Part shown: positions 8,216 through 17,716 of the stretch, piece after piece
Layout of the letters: each line of letters opens with the position of its first letter
Numbering within the stretch: position 1 is the stretch's first letter
NCBI GenBank assembly: GCA_043816005.1
Contig: JBDRIM010000024.1
Span: 1-32,946 of the forward strand
Length of the DNA stretch: 32,946 nucleotides
DNA from: Candidatus Micrarchaeota archaeon
Lineage (GTDB): Archaea; Micrarchaeota; Micrarchaeia; Anstonellales; Bilamarchaeaceae
Direction of reading: 5' to 3'
Translations under genes and position numbers: made by a program
The notes under the pieces: model-generated
The model's input: the letters and a program-made list of their open reading frames with translations, nothing else
What the model was told of the DNA's origin: nothing
Databases searched by the model: none

Positions 8216-8944
8216 CTACTCCAACGTAAAGTCAAAAAACTTCATCGCATTTTCTGCGGTTGCTTTTGCAACTTTTTCTTCGCTAATTTCTTTTACTTCG
8301 GCAATATACGCGATTGCTTCGCGAATGGACTCGGGAGTCCTGCCAACATAGGGTGAATCACTTTCCACCAGAAGTCTATTCAGCGGTATACTATTAATAA
8401 CTTTTCTACGGTCTTTCGAACGAAGATGCATTATGGAAATGTATCCTCCATTTTGCACGATTTCTTTAGCATTTTCTTCAGATCCTGAATAAAAATGCAT
8501 CAAAATTTTCATTCCGCTAATTTTTTTCATTATGTTCTCAACTGCATTTTTTGGAACTTCATTTTCATTCGGATTGTTCCTCGAGTGTATAACAACTGGC
8601 AATCTCATTTCATTTGCCAATGCAATCATCCTATCAAATGCCTCATTTTGTTTTTCTACATCTGATTTTGTTTTTGCCCATTTGTAATCCAAACCTATTT
8701 CGCCAATAGCATTTGGCTTATTTTGTCTGATAAATTCTATCCATTCGTCCAGTTTTCCAATGCCTTCTTTTATTGTTGTTTGGGGGGCTATGCCAAGTAC
8801 AAATGGGTAGTTTTTTGCTTTTGCTAGTTCTACTGCCTTTTTGTTACTGCCATGAGAATAAGCACAGACAACTGGATAAATGTCCGACGGAAGAACATAC
8901 TCTTTTTTCATTTCAAAGAGGTGGGTGTGTGAATCTACAAGCAT
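8216..8944 (-). CDS. tatD: TatD family hydrolase
   Basis: DSHTH, AIGEIGLDY, VIHSR, HFYSG and LLVESDSPY motifs. Confidence 0.93.
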   Translation of the reverse strand: MLVDSHTHLFEMKKEYVLPSDIYPVVCAYSHGSNKKAVELAKAKNYPFVLGIAPQTTIKEGIGKLDEWIEFIRQNKPNAIGEIGLDYKWAKTKSDVEKQNEAFDRMIALANEMRLPVVIHSRNNPNENEVPKNAVENIMKKISGMKILMHFYSGSEENAKEIVQNGGYISIMHLRSKDRRKVINSIPLNRLLVESDSPYVGRTPESIREAIAYIAEVKEISEEKVAKATAENAMKFFDFTLE

Positions 8945-9072
8945 AAATTTGTTAAGTGTCTTTAATTATAAAAACTTTCTAATATCATTCCTACATAAGT
9001 ATGAATCTGTAAAGGGGAAAGTTTGATTTAAAAACCCTAATGCTTTATAAGTTATACTTCACTCGAATTATC

Positions 9073-9183
9073 AGGTGTAAAAATGTTCGTGCATTTTTAC
9101 TTAATAAAAATTCGAAATTTTTATAAGTGTAAAAACGCTGATGTGTTTTTACTTAATTGAAATCTGAATTTCAATAAGGTGTA
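9073..9183 (+). repeat. Two tandem 52-nt double-hairpin units triplicating the aIF5A RBS
   Basis: GTGTA at 9075, 9127 and 9179. Each unit has a 10-bp GTAAAAA..TTTTTAC hairpin, TTA, and an 8-9-bp hairpin, with covarying pairs. Confidence 0.85.
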
Positions 9184-9186
9184 TTA

Positions 9187-9579
9187 ATGGTTGATAAAGT
9201 TTTTGCTATTGCAAAGGAATTAAGGGTAGGAAGATATGTGCTCATAGACGACATTCCATGTAAAGTAGTGGAGGTAGAAAGCTCAAAATCAGGCAAGCAT
9301 GGATCAGCTAAAATGAGGATAACAGGTATCGGCGTATTCGAAGGCCAGAAGAAAACTCTTCTAAGTCCAGGTGATGCTGATGTTGACATGCCTATTATCG
9401 ACCGTAAAAATGTTCAGATAATGTCAGTAAATGGTACAAATGCCCAGGTCATGGATCAGCAATCATATGAGGTTTATGATATGGAGATACCGCCAGAGCT
9501 TCTAAGTGCAGCCGCACCAGGTAAAGAAGCAGAAATTTTGGAATGTATGGGTAGAAAAAAAATGGAGAGGATTAAATGA
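9187..9579 (+). CDS. eif5a: Translation factor aIF5A
   Basis: Hypusination motif SKSGKHGSAK. Confidence 0.96.
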   Translation: MVDKVFAIAKELRVGRYVLIDDIPCKVVEVESSKSGKHGSAKMRITGIGVFEGQKKTLLSPGDADVDMPIIDRKNVQIMSVNGTNAQVMDQQSYEVYDMEIPPELLSAAAPGKEAEILECMGRKKMERIK

Positions 9580-9902
9580 ATGTTAATATTATTTCAAACA
9601 ACGACAATAAACTGTTAGACAGAAAGGAAGTAGAAGCAGAGGTAAGTTTCGAGGGCGCAACTCCTAAAAGAGTACAACTCAAGGAAGCTGTTGGCCAAAA
9701 GATCGGAAGTAATCCTGATTTAATGGTACTAAGAACTGTAACTAGCAACTTCGGAAGACATATGGTGAAAGTTAGAGTGCATTCATATTCTTCAAAAGAA
9801 ACATTGATTGCAACTGAACCTGTACATATAAAAGTAAGAGAAGGACTAATGGCAAAACCAGAGAAAAAGAAAAAAGCAGCGCCGTCAACTAAAAAGAAGT
9901 GA
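9576..9902 (+). CDS. rps24e: 30S ribosomal protein S24e
   Basis: [16 protein letters not shown] and ..FG.. motifs. Lies directly upstream of S27ae. Confidence 0.9.
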   Translation: MNVNIISNNDNKLLDRKEVEAEVSFEGATPKRVQLKEAVGQKIGSNPDLMVLRTVTSNFGRHMVKVRVHSYSSKETLIATEPVHIKVREGLMAKPEKKKKAAPSTKKK

Positions 9903-9907
9903 TTTTA

Positions 9908-10075
9908 ATGGCTGATATTAAGAAAAAACCTGCTCCAGCAGCAAAAAAGAAAGAAAAGAAATTAAAACCATACAAAAGCGGCAAATCTTGCCTTAAATGT
10001 GGTGCCGGTGTACGATTGGCCGAACACACAGACAGACGTTCGTGTGGCAAATGCGGCTACTTTGAGAAAAAATGA
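9908..10075 (+). CDS. rps27ae: 30S ribosomal protein S27ae (55 aa, missing from the ORF track)
   Basis: Translates as [56 protein letters not shown]4 zinc ribbon with the LAEH..R..CGKCGY signature. Confidence 0.93.
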   Translation: MADIKKKPAPAAKKKEKKLKPYKSGKSCLKCGAGVRLAEHTDRRSCGKCGYFEKK

Positions 10076-10749
10076 AACAATTTTTTCTATTTCTTGTTAT
10101 TTTTTCTATTATCCTATTCCTATCAATTATATTTTGCAATTCTCTTCATCTTGGAATCTGTGATTTTCTAGAACAGTACTATACTATTCTCGGATCTCTT
10201 GCAATTCAATTAGGTTTATTCTCGCTAGGGATGTTCTTTCTTTGGAAGAAAAATTTGAAAACAACGTTTGCTGAAATCGGGTTCCCTGGCAATCCAATAA
10301 AAACAATACTCTTTACTATTGCCGGCCTCATTTTGTTATTCGGCATTTTATTACTTCTTGGTATCATTGCAACATTAGCCGGTTTTAATGATCAACAAAA
10401 AGTCGCAGACAAAGTAGTTGGTCTACCAGTTATAGTCCTTCTATTCGCTGTATTTGCAGCACCAATAGCAGAAGAATTATTTTTCAGAGCATTTCTAGTT
10501 AAAGCATTTGACAATTTTTTTCTAAAATTAATAAAAATTCCAAACACGGGGGTTATCTTCTCATCCATTTTTTTTGGTATTGCACATTTTGCCTATGGTT
10601 CGGTTGTTGAAATTATCGGAGTACTTGCAATAGGATTAATACTTGCATCCATCTTCAAAATTTCAAAAAGCATAACTCCGTGCATTCTTATTCACATGAT
10701 TTATAATGGGCTTTCCATAATAGTTATGAAGTTTGTTTTAGGAATTTAA
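10072..10749 (+). CDS. CPBP (CAAX/Abi) family intramembrane metalloprotease
   Basis: Multiple TM helices, [15 protein letters not shown] and HMIYN motifs. Confidence 0.9.
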   Translation: MKQFFLFLVIFSIILFLSIIFCNSLHLGICDFLEQYYTILGSLAIQLGLFSLGMFFLWKKNLKTTFAEIGFPGNPIKTILFTIAGLILLFGILLLLGIIATLAGFNDQQKVADKVVGLPVIVLLFAVFAAPIAEELFFRAFLVKAFDNFFLKLIKIPNTGVIFSSIFFGIAHFAYGSVVEIIGVLAIGLILASIFKISKSITPCILIHMIYNGLSIIVMKFVLGI

Positions 10750-10761
10750 GGTGTCTGTTAA

Positions 10762-11742
10762 ATGATAACACTAGGTATTGAATCAACTGCTCATACACTC
10801 TCAATAGGCATAGCAAAAGACAGTAAAATTTTATCTAATGTTATTGATACTTATTCAGGTGGAAATGAAGGTTTAATTCCAAGGAAAATGGCTGATCACC
10901 ATACTAATGTTTTTGCAAATGTATTATCTATTGCACTGAAAAATGCGAACATCGCTCTAGCGGATGTGGATTTGATTGCCTTTTCTCAAGGGCCTGGAAT
11001 AGGTGCTCCGCTTTCTGTTGGTGTAAGTGCAGCAAAATATTTGGCATTGTGTTATGATAAGAAAATTGTGGGTGTAAACCATTGTTATGCACACGTAAAA
11101 ATTAGCGAATTTTGTTGTAAAATGAAAGATCCACTAGTACTTTACCTTTCAGGTGGAAATAGCCAAATCCTTCTAAGAGAAGGGGAATTTTACCATATCA
11201 TTGGCGAAACACTTGACATTGGCATTGGAAATTTATTTGACAGTTTTGCACGTGCAATAAAAATGAAAAATGCACATGGTTCTGCACTTTCAAAACTTGC
11301 AGAAGGTGGAAAATATATTGAACTCCCTTACTCTGTAAAAGGGATGAATTTAGTGTTTTCTGGGTTGCTAACTGCAGCAGAAAGGGCAGCAAAAACACAT
11401 TCACCTAAAGATGTTGCATATTCTCTTATGGAAACTTCATTTGCAATGACTTGCGAAGTTACCGAAAGAGCACTCTTCTTAACAAAAAAGAAGCAATTGG
11501 TAGTTTGTGGGGGAGTTGCGCAGAATAAAAGGTTACAACAAATGCTCAAGACTATGTGTAAAGAAGATAGCATAAAATTTGCTGTTGGGCCAGACGAATA
11601 TAATCGTGATAATGGTGCTATGATTGCATATGCGGGTTGGTTGCAGTATAAAAAACACGGGGAAACAAAAATCGAAAAATGCGTTCCGATTACTAATTAC
11701 AGAATTGATAGAATGAAGGATGTGTTGGCAGGAAAGCTTTAA
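10762..11742 (+). CDS. kae1: tRNA t6A threonylcarbamoyltransferase Kae1
   Basis: LGIESTAHT, SQGPGIG, VNHCYAH, LSGGNSQ, GETLDIGIGN, GGVAQN and DNGAMIA motifs. Conserved context after rps24e-rps27ae. Confidence 0.95.
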   Translation: MITLGIESTAHTLSIGIAKDSKILSNVIDTYSGGNEGLIPRKMADHHTNVFANVLSIALKNANIALADVDLIAFSQGPGIGAPLSVGVSAAKYLALCYDKKIVGVNHCYAHVKISEFCCKMKDPLVLYLSGGNSQILLREGEFYHIIGETLDIGIGNLFDSFARAIKMKNAHGSALSKLAEGGKYIELPYSVKGMNLVFSGLLTAAERAAKTHSPKDVAYSLMETSFAMTCEVTERALFLTKKKQLVVCGGVAQNKRLQQMLKTMCKEDSIKFAVGPDEYNRDNGAMIAYAGWLQYKKHGETKIEKCVPITNYRIDRMKDVLAGKL

Positions 11743-11765
11743 TCCATTCGCGGTGATTATTCCTC

Positions 11766-12524
11766 ATGAACTTACTCAAACTCGGCGGTTCAATTATTAC
11801 AAATAAATCTGGCTGGAGAGAAGCCAATCTTTCGGCTATAAATGCGTTAGCCAAAGCAGTTGCAAAAGCATGGAAAAAATCAAGAGACTGGATAATTGTT
11901 CATGGTGCTGGTTCATTTGGTCATCCTCTTGTTGTCAAGTATAATCTTAATGACGGTATTACAAGCACCGAACAAAAACTCAGATTTGCAGAAACACACG
12001 AAGCATGTACGGAACTTTCTGTTCTGGTTTGTTCTGCACTTAATAATGAAGGTGTTCCAGCAATTCCAATTCCACCTGCAGTTGTAATTACTTCAAAAAA
12101 CAAAAGAATTCATTCTTTCAATACAAAATTAATCGAAGACTATTTGAAATCTGGATATGTTCCACTTCTATTCGGAGATATGGTTCCTGATTTAGAACTC
12201 GGTGGTTCTGTTTGTTCAGGTGACCAGATAATTTCTTATTTAGGAAAGGGTGCTGAGAAAATTGTTCTTGCAACTGATGTTGATGGTGTTCTTGACGATT
12301 CTGGAAAAGTTATTCCAGAAATATCAGAAGAAAATTTTGCAGAAATTTCTAAACATTTAAAGAATTCAACAAAAAAAGATGTTACTGGTGCCATGGCTGG
12401 AAAATTAAAAGAACTTCTTGAACTTGATACTCCTTCTTTTATTGTAAATGGATTAAAACCAGAAAGAGTGGAAGCATTAATGTTAGATAAAAAAGTGCTT
12501 TGTACTAAAGTTTCTAAGAGATAA
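11766..12524 (+). CDS. ipk: Isopentenyl phosphate kinase
   Basis: Amino-acid-kinase fold LKLGGSIITNK, IPK-specific HGAGSFGH, CSGDQ and DVTGAMAGK. Confidence 0.9.
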   Translation: MNLLKLGGSIITNKSGWREANLSAINALAKAVAKAWKKSRDWIIVHGAGSFGHPLVVKYNLNDGITSTEQKLRFAETHEACTELSVLVCSALNNEGVPAIPIPPAVVITSKNKRIHSFNTKLIEDYLKSGYVPLLFGDMVPDLELGGSVCSGDQIISYLGKGAEKIVLATDVDGVLDDSGKVIPEISEENFAEISKHLKNSTKKDVTGAMAGKLKELLELDTPSFIVNGLKPERVEALMLDKKVLCTKVSKR

Positions 12525-12544
12525 AAAGAACTCCAGTTCTTTTT
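12523..12544. terminator. Palindromic hairpin between convergent genes (bidirectional terminator-like)
   Basis: AAAAAGAAC-TCCA-GTTCTTTTT lies between the ipk and AcnX-small stop codons. Confidence 0.55.
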
Positions 12545-12942
12545 CAATCTCTTATAGTTATCTTTCCTTTTGTTCCATCCACTTCTATCATCATTCCATT
12601 TTTCAAAATTTGATGATTGTCTGCCTTATCTACCATGGGAATTTTGGATATAATAGCACCAACAACAATAATTGGCTCTGCAGAAACATTGATTATAGCG
12701 GCTGGGGCTTTTTTGTTTTTAGCCAATTGAAGCATAACGTAAGAACCAACTGTTGATCCTTTGCCATTTGGAAAAACCAAAATTTTTCCAACAATGGATT
12801 TGCCCTCAAGACAATGTCCTTTTTCTATTACAATGCCTGTTTCAGGGTCTACACCGCCCAAGAATCCAATTGGGTCTTTACTAACTAAAACCTCGCCAGA
12901 AACTTTTCCGCGGGCAATTGAACGTGCTCCCATCTCAAACAA
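12544..12942 (-). CDS. Phosphomevalonate dehydratase small subunit (AcnX swivel domain, DUF126)
   Basis: FLGGVDPETG, GKILVFPNGKGSTVGSY and KAPAAII motifs. Confidence 0.9.
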   Translation of the reverse strand: MFEMGARSIARGKVSGEVLVSKDPIGFLGGVDPETGIVIEKGHCLEGKSIVGKILVFPNGKGSTVGSYVMLQLAKNKKAPAAIINVSAEPIIVVGAIISKIPMVDKADNHQILKNGMMIEVDGTKGKITIRD

Positions 12943-12972
12943 TCTATCACCTAGTTAATTATAAAAGAAAAA

Positions 12973-14307
12973 TTAATAGTCCATATACTGTTGTAGTTCC
13001 CAAGCAGAGACCTGTGTGGCATATTCCGTACATTCTCTTCTTTTTGCAGTTATATATGCACCAAACAAATGTTCCCCAAGAACCTCTTTCCCAAGCGCAC
13101 TTTTTTCTAAATAAGTTATTGCTTCAAGAAGAGACCCAGGAACAACTTTTATTCCATTTACTGCTCGTCTCTCTGCTCCCATTTCAAATACATTTTCGTC
13201 CACTGGATCAGGAGCATTTAGTTTTCTTTGTATCCCATCAAGTCCTGCACGTAACATTGCAGCTAATGCAAAATATGGGTTGAAACTTGGATCAGGAACC
13301 CGTAGCTCAACTCGAACTGATTTTCTATCTGCAGTGTGTGGAACCCTAAGTAATGCTGATCTATTTGTTCGTCCCCAGCAAGCGTTTACTGGCGCTTCAT
13401 ATCCAGGAACAAGTCTTTTATATGAGTTTACAGTTGGGTTTGTTAGTGCACATAACCATCCTATATGTTCAAGTTGTCCTGCAATAAATTGAAGAGCAGT
13501 TTCAGAAAGGTTATGCACTCCTTTAGGATCTGCAAACATGTTTTTTCTACCTCTCCATAAACTTTGGTGAACATGTGCACCACTACCACTCACTCCTTCA
13601 ATTGGCTTTGGCATAAAAGTGGCAAAATATCCATGTTGTGCTGCAATTGCCCTCACAACCATCTTAAATGTCATGGCATTGTCAGCTGTTCGTAAAACAT
13701 CTGAATACCCAAAAGCTATTTCATGTTGGCTTTCAGCTACTTCAGTATGTATCATTTCTGCACGTATCCCAAATGCCTTAAGTGCAGCGGCTATTTCCAT
13801 TCGCATATTCCACCCAGGGCTTCCAGCATCGTTACTAAAGTAAGTTCCATTTCCAGCAGATTTAACAATCTGTTTTCCATCCTCACCTATTTTAAATAAG
13901 AAAAATTCAAGTTCTGGCCCAGTGTTATATACTAATCCTAAATTAGCTGCAATTACAATTGCTCTTTTTAGAACGTTTCTTGGATCTTCTAAAGATGGTT
14001 GTCCATCCATACCATGTACATCACATATCAATCGCGCAGTCTTTTTTTCTGGATCAGTTACCCATGGGAGTAATGCATACGTTTTTTCATCTGGCGCAAG
14101 CACTCTGTCACTTTCACAAATGCGAGCATACCCCTTTACTGAAGAGCCATCAAAACCGACTCCGTTCCTTAGTGCCGTATTCACTCTATCAAACGGTACA
14201 ATACCTGAGTTAACTCCACCTTGTATATTTGCAAATTGCAAACATACAAATTTTACTTTGTCTGCTTTCATTCGTCGTACTAGTTCTGGTTGTCTCAGTT
14301 TTGCCAT
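12973..14307 (-). CDS. glnA: Glutamine synthetase type I
   Basis: GFDGSSV, GPELEFFLF, HTEVAESQHEI, ATFMPKP, GSGAHVHQSL, NSYKRLVPGYEAP, NRSALLRVP and ELRVPDPSFNPY motifs. Confidence 0.95.
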   Translation of the reverse strand: MAKLRQPELVRRMKADKVKFVCLQFANIQGGVNSGIVPFDRVNTALRNGVGFDGSSVKGYARICESDRVLAPDEKTYALLPWVTDPEKKTARLICDVHGMDGQPSLEDPRNVLKRAIVIAANLGLVYNTGPELEFFLFKIGEDGKQIVKSAGNGTYFSNDAGSPGWNMRMEIAAALKAFGIRAEMIHTEVAESQHEIAFGYSDVLRTADNAMTFKMVVRAIAAQHGYFATFMPKPIEGVSGSGAHVHQSLWRGRKNMFADPKGVHNLSETALQFIAGQLEHIGWLCALTNPTVNSYKRLVPGYEAPVNACWGRTNRSALLRVPHTADRKSVRVELRVPDPSFNPYFALAAMLRAGLDGIQRKLNAPDPVDENVFEMGAERRAVNGIKVVPGSLLEAITYLEKSALGKEVLGEHLFGAYITAKRRECTEYATQVSAWELQQYMDY

Positions 14308-14376
14308 TTCTCCGCCTCTTAATTCTACTCTGATAACAAATGATTATAAACAATATTATTTTGTGTTTTTTTATTC

Positions 14377-14934
14377 TTAATACAACAACGATAAAACTTG
14401 CATTAGTGGATTCACTGCGAAAACTAGGTTTAGAATAAACCATATAATTGCTATTTTATCCTTATTGAAAAAATAATCAATAAATGAATAGAATGCAACA
14501 AGCAAACCACCAAATCCCAAAAACAATCCAAAGTAAAGAGGATATATCTTAGCATCAGTTGCCATACCCGCAGCAATAAGTATTAGTCCAATAGTGCAAA
14601 CAAACGTTATTTTATCATTTTTATAGTTTTTTGTTAGTACGAGGTATCCCACTCCAACAACTGCAGCACCTAGCAATACAATATATTTGATAATGCTACC
14701 CACGTCTATAAAAGCTAAGCTCGAGCCTAGTGTAATAATAATTTGAAGAGTAAATAACATTTCTTGTTTGTTTATGCGAGCTACTGCAGTAAGTACGATG
14801 GCCCCAATAAGGAACAGTACTTTTTGCTGTAAAGATGCTGGTTCAGAAAATACACCTACAAGAAGAAGTAACATAGCAACTAATCCGATATAGAAAACCA
14901 AATCATTATTTTTCGATGATTTTTTTACTGCCAT
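14377..14934 (-). CDS. Hypothetical multi-pass membrane protein
   Basis: About 6-7 hydrophobic segments. Co-oriented downstream of the AcnX large subunit. Confidence 0.75.
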   Translation of the reverse strand: MAVKKSSKNNDLVFYIGLVAMLLLLVGVFSEPASLQQKVLFLIGAIVLTAVARINKQEMLFTLQIIITLGSSLAFIDVGSIIKYIVLLGAAVVGVGYLVLTKNYKNDKITFVCTIGLILIAAGMATDAKIYPLYFGLFLGFGGLLVAFYSFIDYFFNKDKIAIIWFILNLVFAVNPLMQVLSLLY

Positions 14935-14948
14935 ATTTCACATCTCAG

Positions 14949-16121
14949 TTATCTGTACAAAATATCTTCAGCATCTCCAAATGCAATTTTTTGTTTACAA
15001 AGATTTGGCAAATAAGATGCTGCCTTTCCAGAATTCGTTCCTGTTATATGGTAACCCATCTGCTCAAGAGGACAAACCACCATACAGGTGTCTGCAACAA
15101 TTCTTCCACCAGCTGCAAGAATTGCTTTTTCATAGCCAAATTTTACTGCCATTTCTTTTGTTTTTCTTGCAGTACAAATCCAAAATTCGCAGGTTGGTTT
15201 TTTCTTGCTGACCATCTCTGAAATCTGTTTTATTTCATCTAATGAAGCATGTGGGCAACCAATAGTTACTAAATCTGGTTTTAGTTTCATATCCAACTCG
15301 TCTTTTGTCTTTTTTATTTCATCATCAGTTACAATCAACCTTTCTGCATCATTACTAACATTCCATTCTGGTGTTATCCCTTTAATAAAAAATAATGGTA
15401 CTGAGCCTGTTGCTGCCATCGAGGCACCAAGTACTTTCAACTGTTCTTCTTTTGCAGTTTTAATTCCTTCAAATGCAGGATAGTTTGTTTTTGCCAATTT
15501 TCCAATGTACGAACCAAGTGCACTGAAATCCGCAACTGTTTTTAGTTCACATTTAACATCAACATGAAGCGTTGCCACTCTATTCTCATCTTTATGCAAT
15601 CCATATTCAGGAGTTACGCCGCAAATTGCTCCTGCCAAAGCAGAAGGTCCTCCTTCTCTATTTGTTTTTGCACCTAAAACAGAATTACAAAATGCAACCG
15701 CACTTGATTCTGCCCATGCAACATGCTCTCCTTCCTTTGGTCGTATTCCAATGAAATACGGGGTGCACGTACATGTTTTCATAATCCCCATTTTTCCATA
15801 AGCATCAAGAACTTCAAGTTGTTTTTTGGCAAATTCTTTTGGTATTTTCATCTCTTCCCATTGTTCAGCATCCATTCCAGCTGGATTTAAGAAAGTCGGT
15901 ATTTTTACCTTGGCACCTTTTTTTACTAAATCTGTAAGATATTCCAATCCCGCCTGGCCAATTGTCTTGAATGAAACTCCAGAAATCTGGGCACTAGTTA
16001 TATTTACCATTTTTTCTGCACTATAAATCTTTCCTAACGCAACCAAAATTTCCATTGATTGCTTGGCTGCATCGCCAAATTCTCCATCGTACATTTGTTG
16101 TTCATGTTTTGTTAATTGCAT
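14949..16121 (-). CDS. Phosphomevalonate dehydratase large subunit (AcnX catalytic, DUF521)
   Basis: AQISGVSFK, TCTCTPY, AWAESSAV, GAKTNREGG, GCPH, DTCMVV and TNSGKAA motifs, including the Fe-S cysteines. Confidence 0.92.
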   Translation of the reverse strand: MQLTKHEQQMYDGEFGDAAKQSMEILVALGKIYSAEKMVNITSAQISGVSFKTIGQAGLEYLTDLVKKGAKVKIPTFLNPAGMDAEQWEEMKIPKEFAKKQLEVLDAYGKMGIMKTCTCTPYFIGIRPKEGEHVAWAESSAVAFCNSVLGAKTNREGGPSALAGAICGVTPEYGLHKDENRVATLHVDVKCELKTVADFSALGSYIGKLAKTNYPAFEGIKTAKEEQLKVLGASMAATGSVPLFFIKGITPEWNVSNDAERLIVTDDEIKKTKDELDMKLKPDLVTIGCPHASLDEIKQISEMVSKKKPTCEFWICTARKTKEMAVKFGYEKAILAAGGRIVADTCMVVCPLEQMGYHITGTNSGKAASYLPNLCKQKIAFGDAEDILYR

Positions 16122-16125
16122 GCAA

Positions 16126-16362
16126 TCATTCCTTTCTAGTCCACATGAAAATTCCGAAAATAATTATCACTATACCAAAGACTATAGACCAAAATGATAT
16201 GTCACTAGTAGTTTTGATAAAATTACTTAAAATATTAGAAAAAGATCCTTCTGAACTTTTGAAAAAGGTTGCAGTAACAATATTGACTGCGCCCATAAGC
16301 AATAGACCAAAGACTGAGATTAAAAGTCCCCAGAAAAATGCATGTCCTGCGTGCTTTTTCAT
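16126..16362 (-). CDS. Small two-TM membrane protein
   Basis: Two hydrophobic helices. GAGGT SD upstream. Tightly packed between the UbiD-like and AcnX-L genes. Confidence 0.65.
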   Translation of the reverse strand: MKKHAGHAFFWGLLISVFGLLLMGAVNIVTATFFKSSEGSFSNILSNFIKTTSDISFWSIVFGIVIIIFGIFMWTRKE

Positions 16363-16372
16363 CTAATATACC

Positions 16373-17671
16373 TCAGATATATTCCGTTAGTTCAATTTTT
16401 TTCCATTTTGCTTTTTCGAAATTTTTCCCATGGGCAACCAATGGTTTAGTGGCATCAATTCCCATCTTTGTTGTTTCGTAAGTATGTGGATCAGCACTTG
16501 GATCAAGTGAAGAACCTTTTTGTTTTATTTTTATTACTATGTCTTTATCTGCCTGTACTCTTGTAGCAATTGCCCATTCAACTTCCATTGGATTATCAAC
16601 ATCAATATCATCATCAACGATAATAACGTGTTTGAGTGATTTATGGCCAGCAAATGCAGCTTCAATTGCTTTTTTGCCATCTTCTTCGCTTTTCTTTTTT
16701 ATTGAAACAACTGCATGGAGCCATGAGCATCCGCCAGGCGTAATGTTTACTCTTTTACATTCACACACTTTGGTTACTTCAGTAAAAATTGTTGGTTCTC
16801 TTGGCATTCCCATCAAAACTTTATGTTCCAATCCACCAGGAGGTAAAACATGCCAGAGTGCATCATTTCTATGATACATTTTAGTTATCTTCATCACTTG
16901 CTGTTTTCTTATAACATCATAAGTTTCTGTTAAATCAACAAATGGTCCTTCGTCATGCATTTCTTTTGTAATTCTTCCTTCAAATGCAAATTCTGCATCT
17001 GCAGGCACTTCTATTCCATTGCTTAATTTAACTGTACTAAAAGGCATCAGAGTATTTGCAAATTCTAGTTCATCCTGGCCAATTTGAACTGATGTTGCTG
17101 CAGATAAAAGAACATTGATTGGTGCACCCACTACAATTGCAACATTCAATTCTCCACCAGCCCTATCAATAAATTCCTGAAGGTGGCGTTTCAATATTCT
17201 GACAACAACTTTATTTTTGTCAATAACCATCATTCTATGGAAAGAAACATTTCTACCGTATTCTTTATCATGTGCAATAACTATTGCTGAAGATAAATAA
17301 GGCCCACCATCATTTTTAAAATGAACAGGAATAGGTAATTTATTAAGGTCAATTTCTGTTGTACTATTCTCCAAAATTGGTCCGCTTTCAATTAGTTTTG
17401 GTTTTGTTGGATTTGTAAGTGCATTGACAAGTTTTGGTATAAGTTCTTCTTTCGTAATTCCAAGATATTCACAAACCAATTCACGGGTTGAAAAAACGTT
17501 TCCAACTGCTTTGAATTTTGATCCTTCAACTTGTGGAGCATAAACAACATTACCATCAAGTGCATACATTATCCCGGCAAGGTCAAGTTGTTTTAAAACT
17601 GGTTTTTTAATTTCCTTTACTATCCCACTTTTTCTTAATTGTTCTATAAATTCACGAAAAGAAGTTGCCAT
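16373..17671 (-). CDS. UbiD family decarboxylase, probable anhydromevalonate phosphate decarboxylase
   Basis: DGGPYL, RNVSFHRM, EGPFVDLT, KHVIIVDDDID, EWAIATR, GSSLDPS and KMGIDAT motifs. Clustered with AcnX L/S, UbiX and IPK. Confidence 0.88.
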   Translation of the reverse strand: MATSFREFIEQLRKSGIVKEIKKPVLKQLDLAGIMYALDGNVVYAPQVEGSKFKAVGNVFSTRELVCEYLGITKEELIPKLVNALTNPTKPKLIESGPILENSTTEIDLNKLPIPVHFKNDGGPYLSSAIVIAHDKEYGRNVSFHRMMVIDKNKVVVRILKRHLQEFIDRAGGELNVAIVVGAPINVLLSAATSVQIGQDELEFANTLMPFSTVKLSNGIEVPADAEFAFEGRITKEMHDEGPFVDLTETYDVIRKQQVMKITKMYHRNDALWHVLPPGGLEHKVLMGMPREPTIFTEVTKVCECKRVNITPGGCSWLHAVVSIKKKSEEDGKKAIEAAFAGHKSLKHVIIVDDDIDVDNPMEVEWAIATRVQADKDIVIKIKQKGSSLDPSADPHTYETTKMGIDATKPLVAHGKNFEKAKWKKIELTEYI

Positions 17672-17716
17672 AAAGATACCTATATATTTTATGTTTAAAT
17701 GTTTTTGGTTCTTCTA

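Noticed and set aside
6988..9183. CRISPR mini-arrays (regular 52-74 nt periodicity upstream of Sm and aIF5A)
   Set aside because: Units are homologous along their whole length, with no repeat plus unique spacer structure. There are only two units per site and no cas genes.
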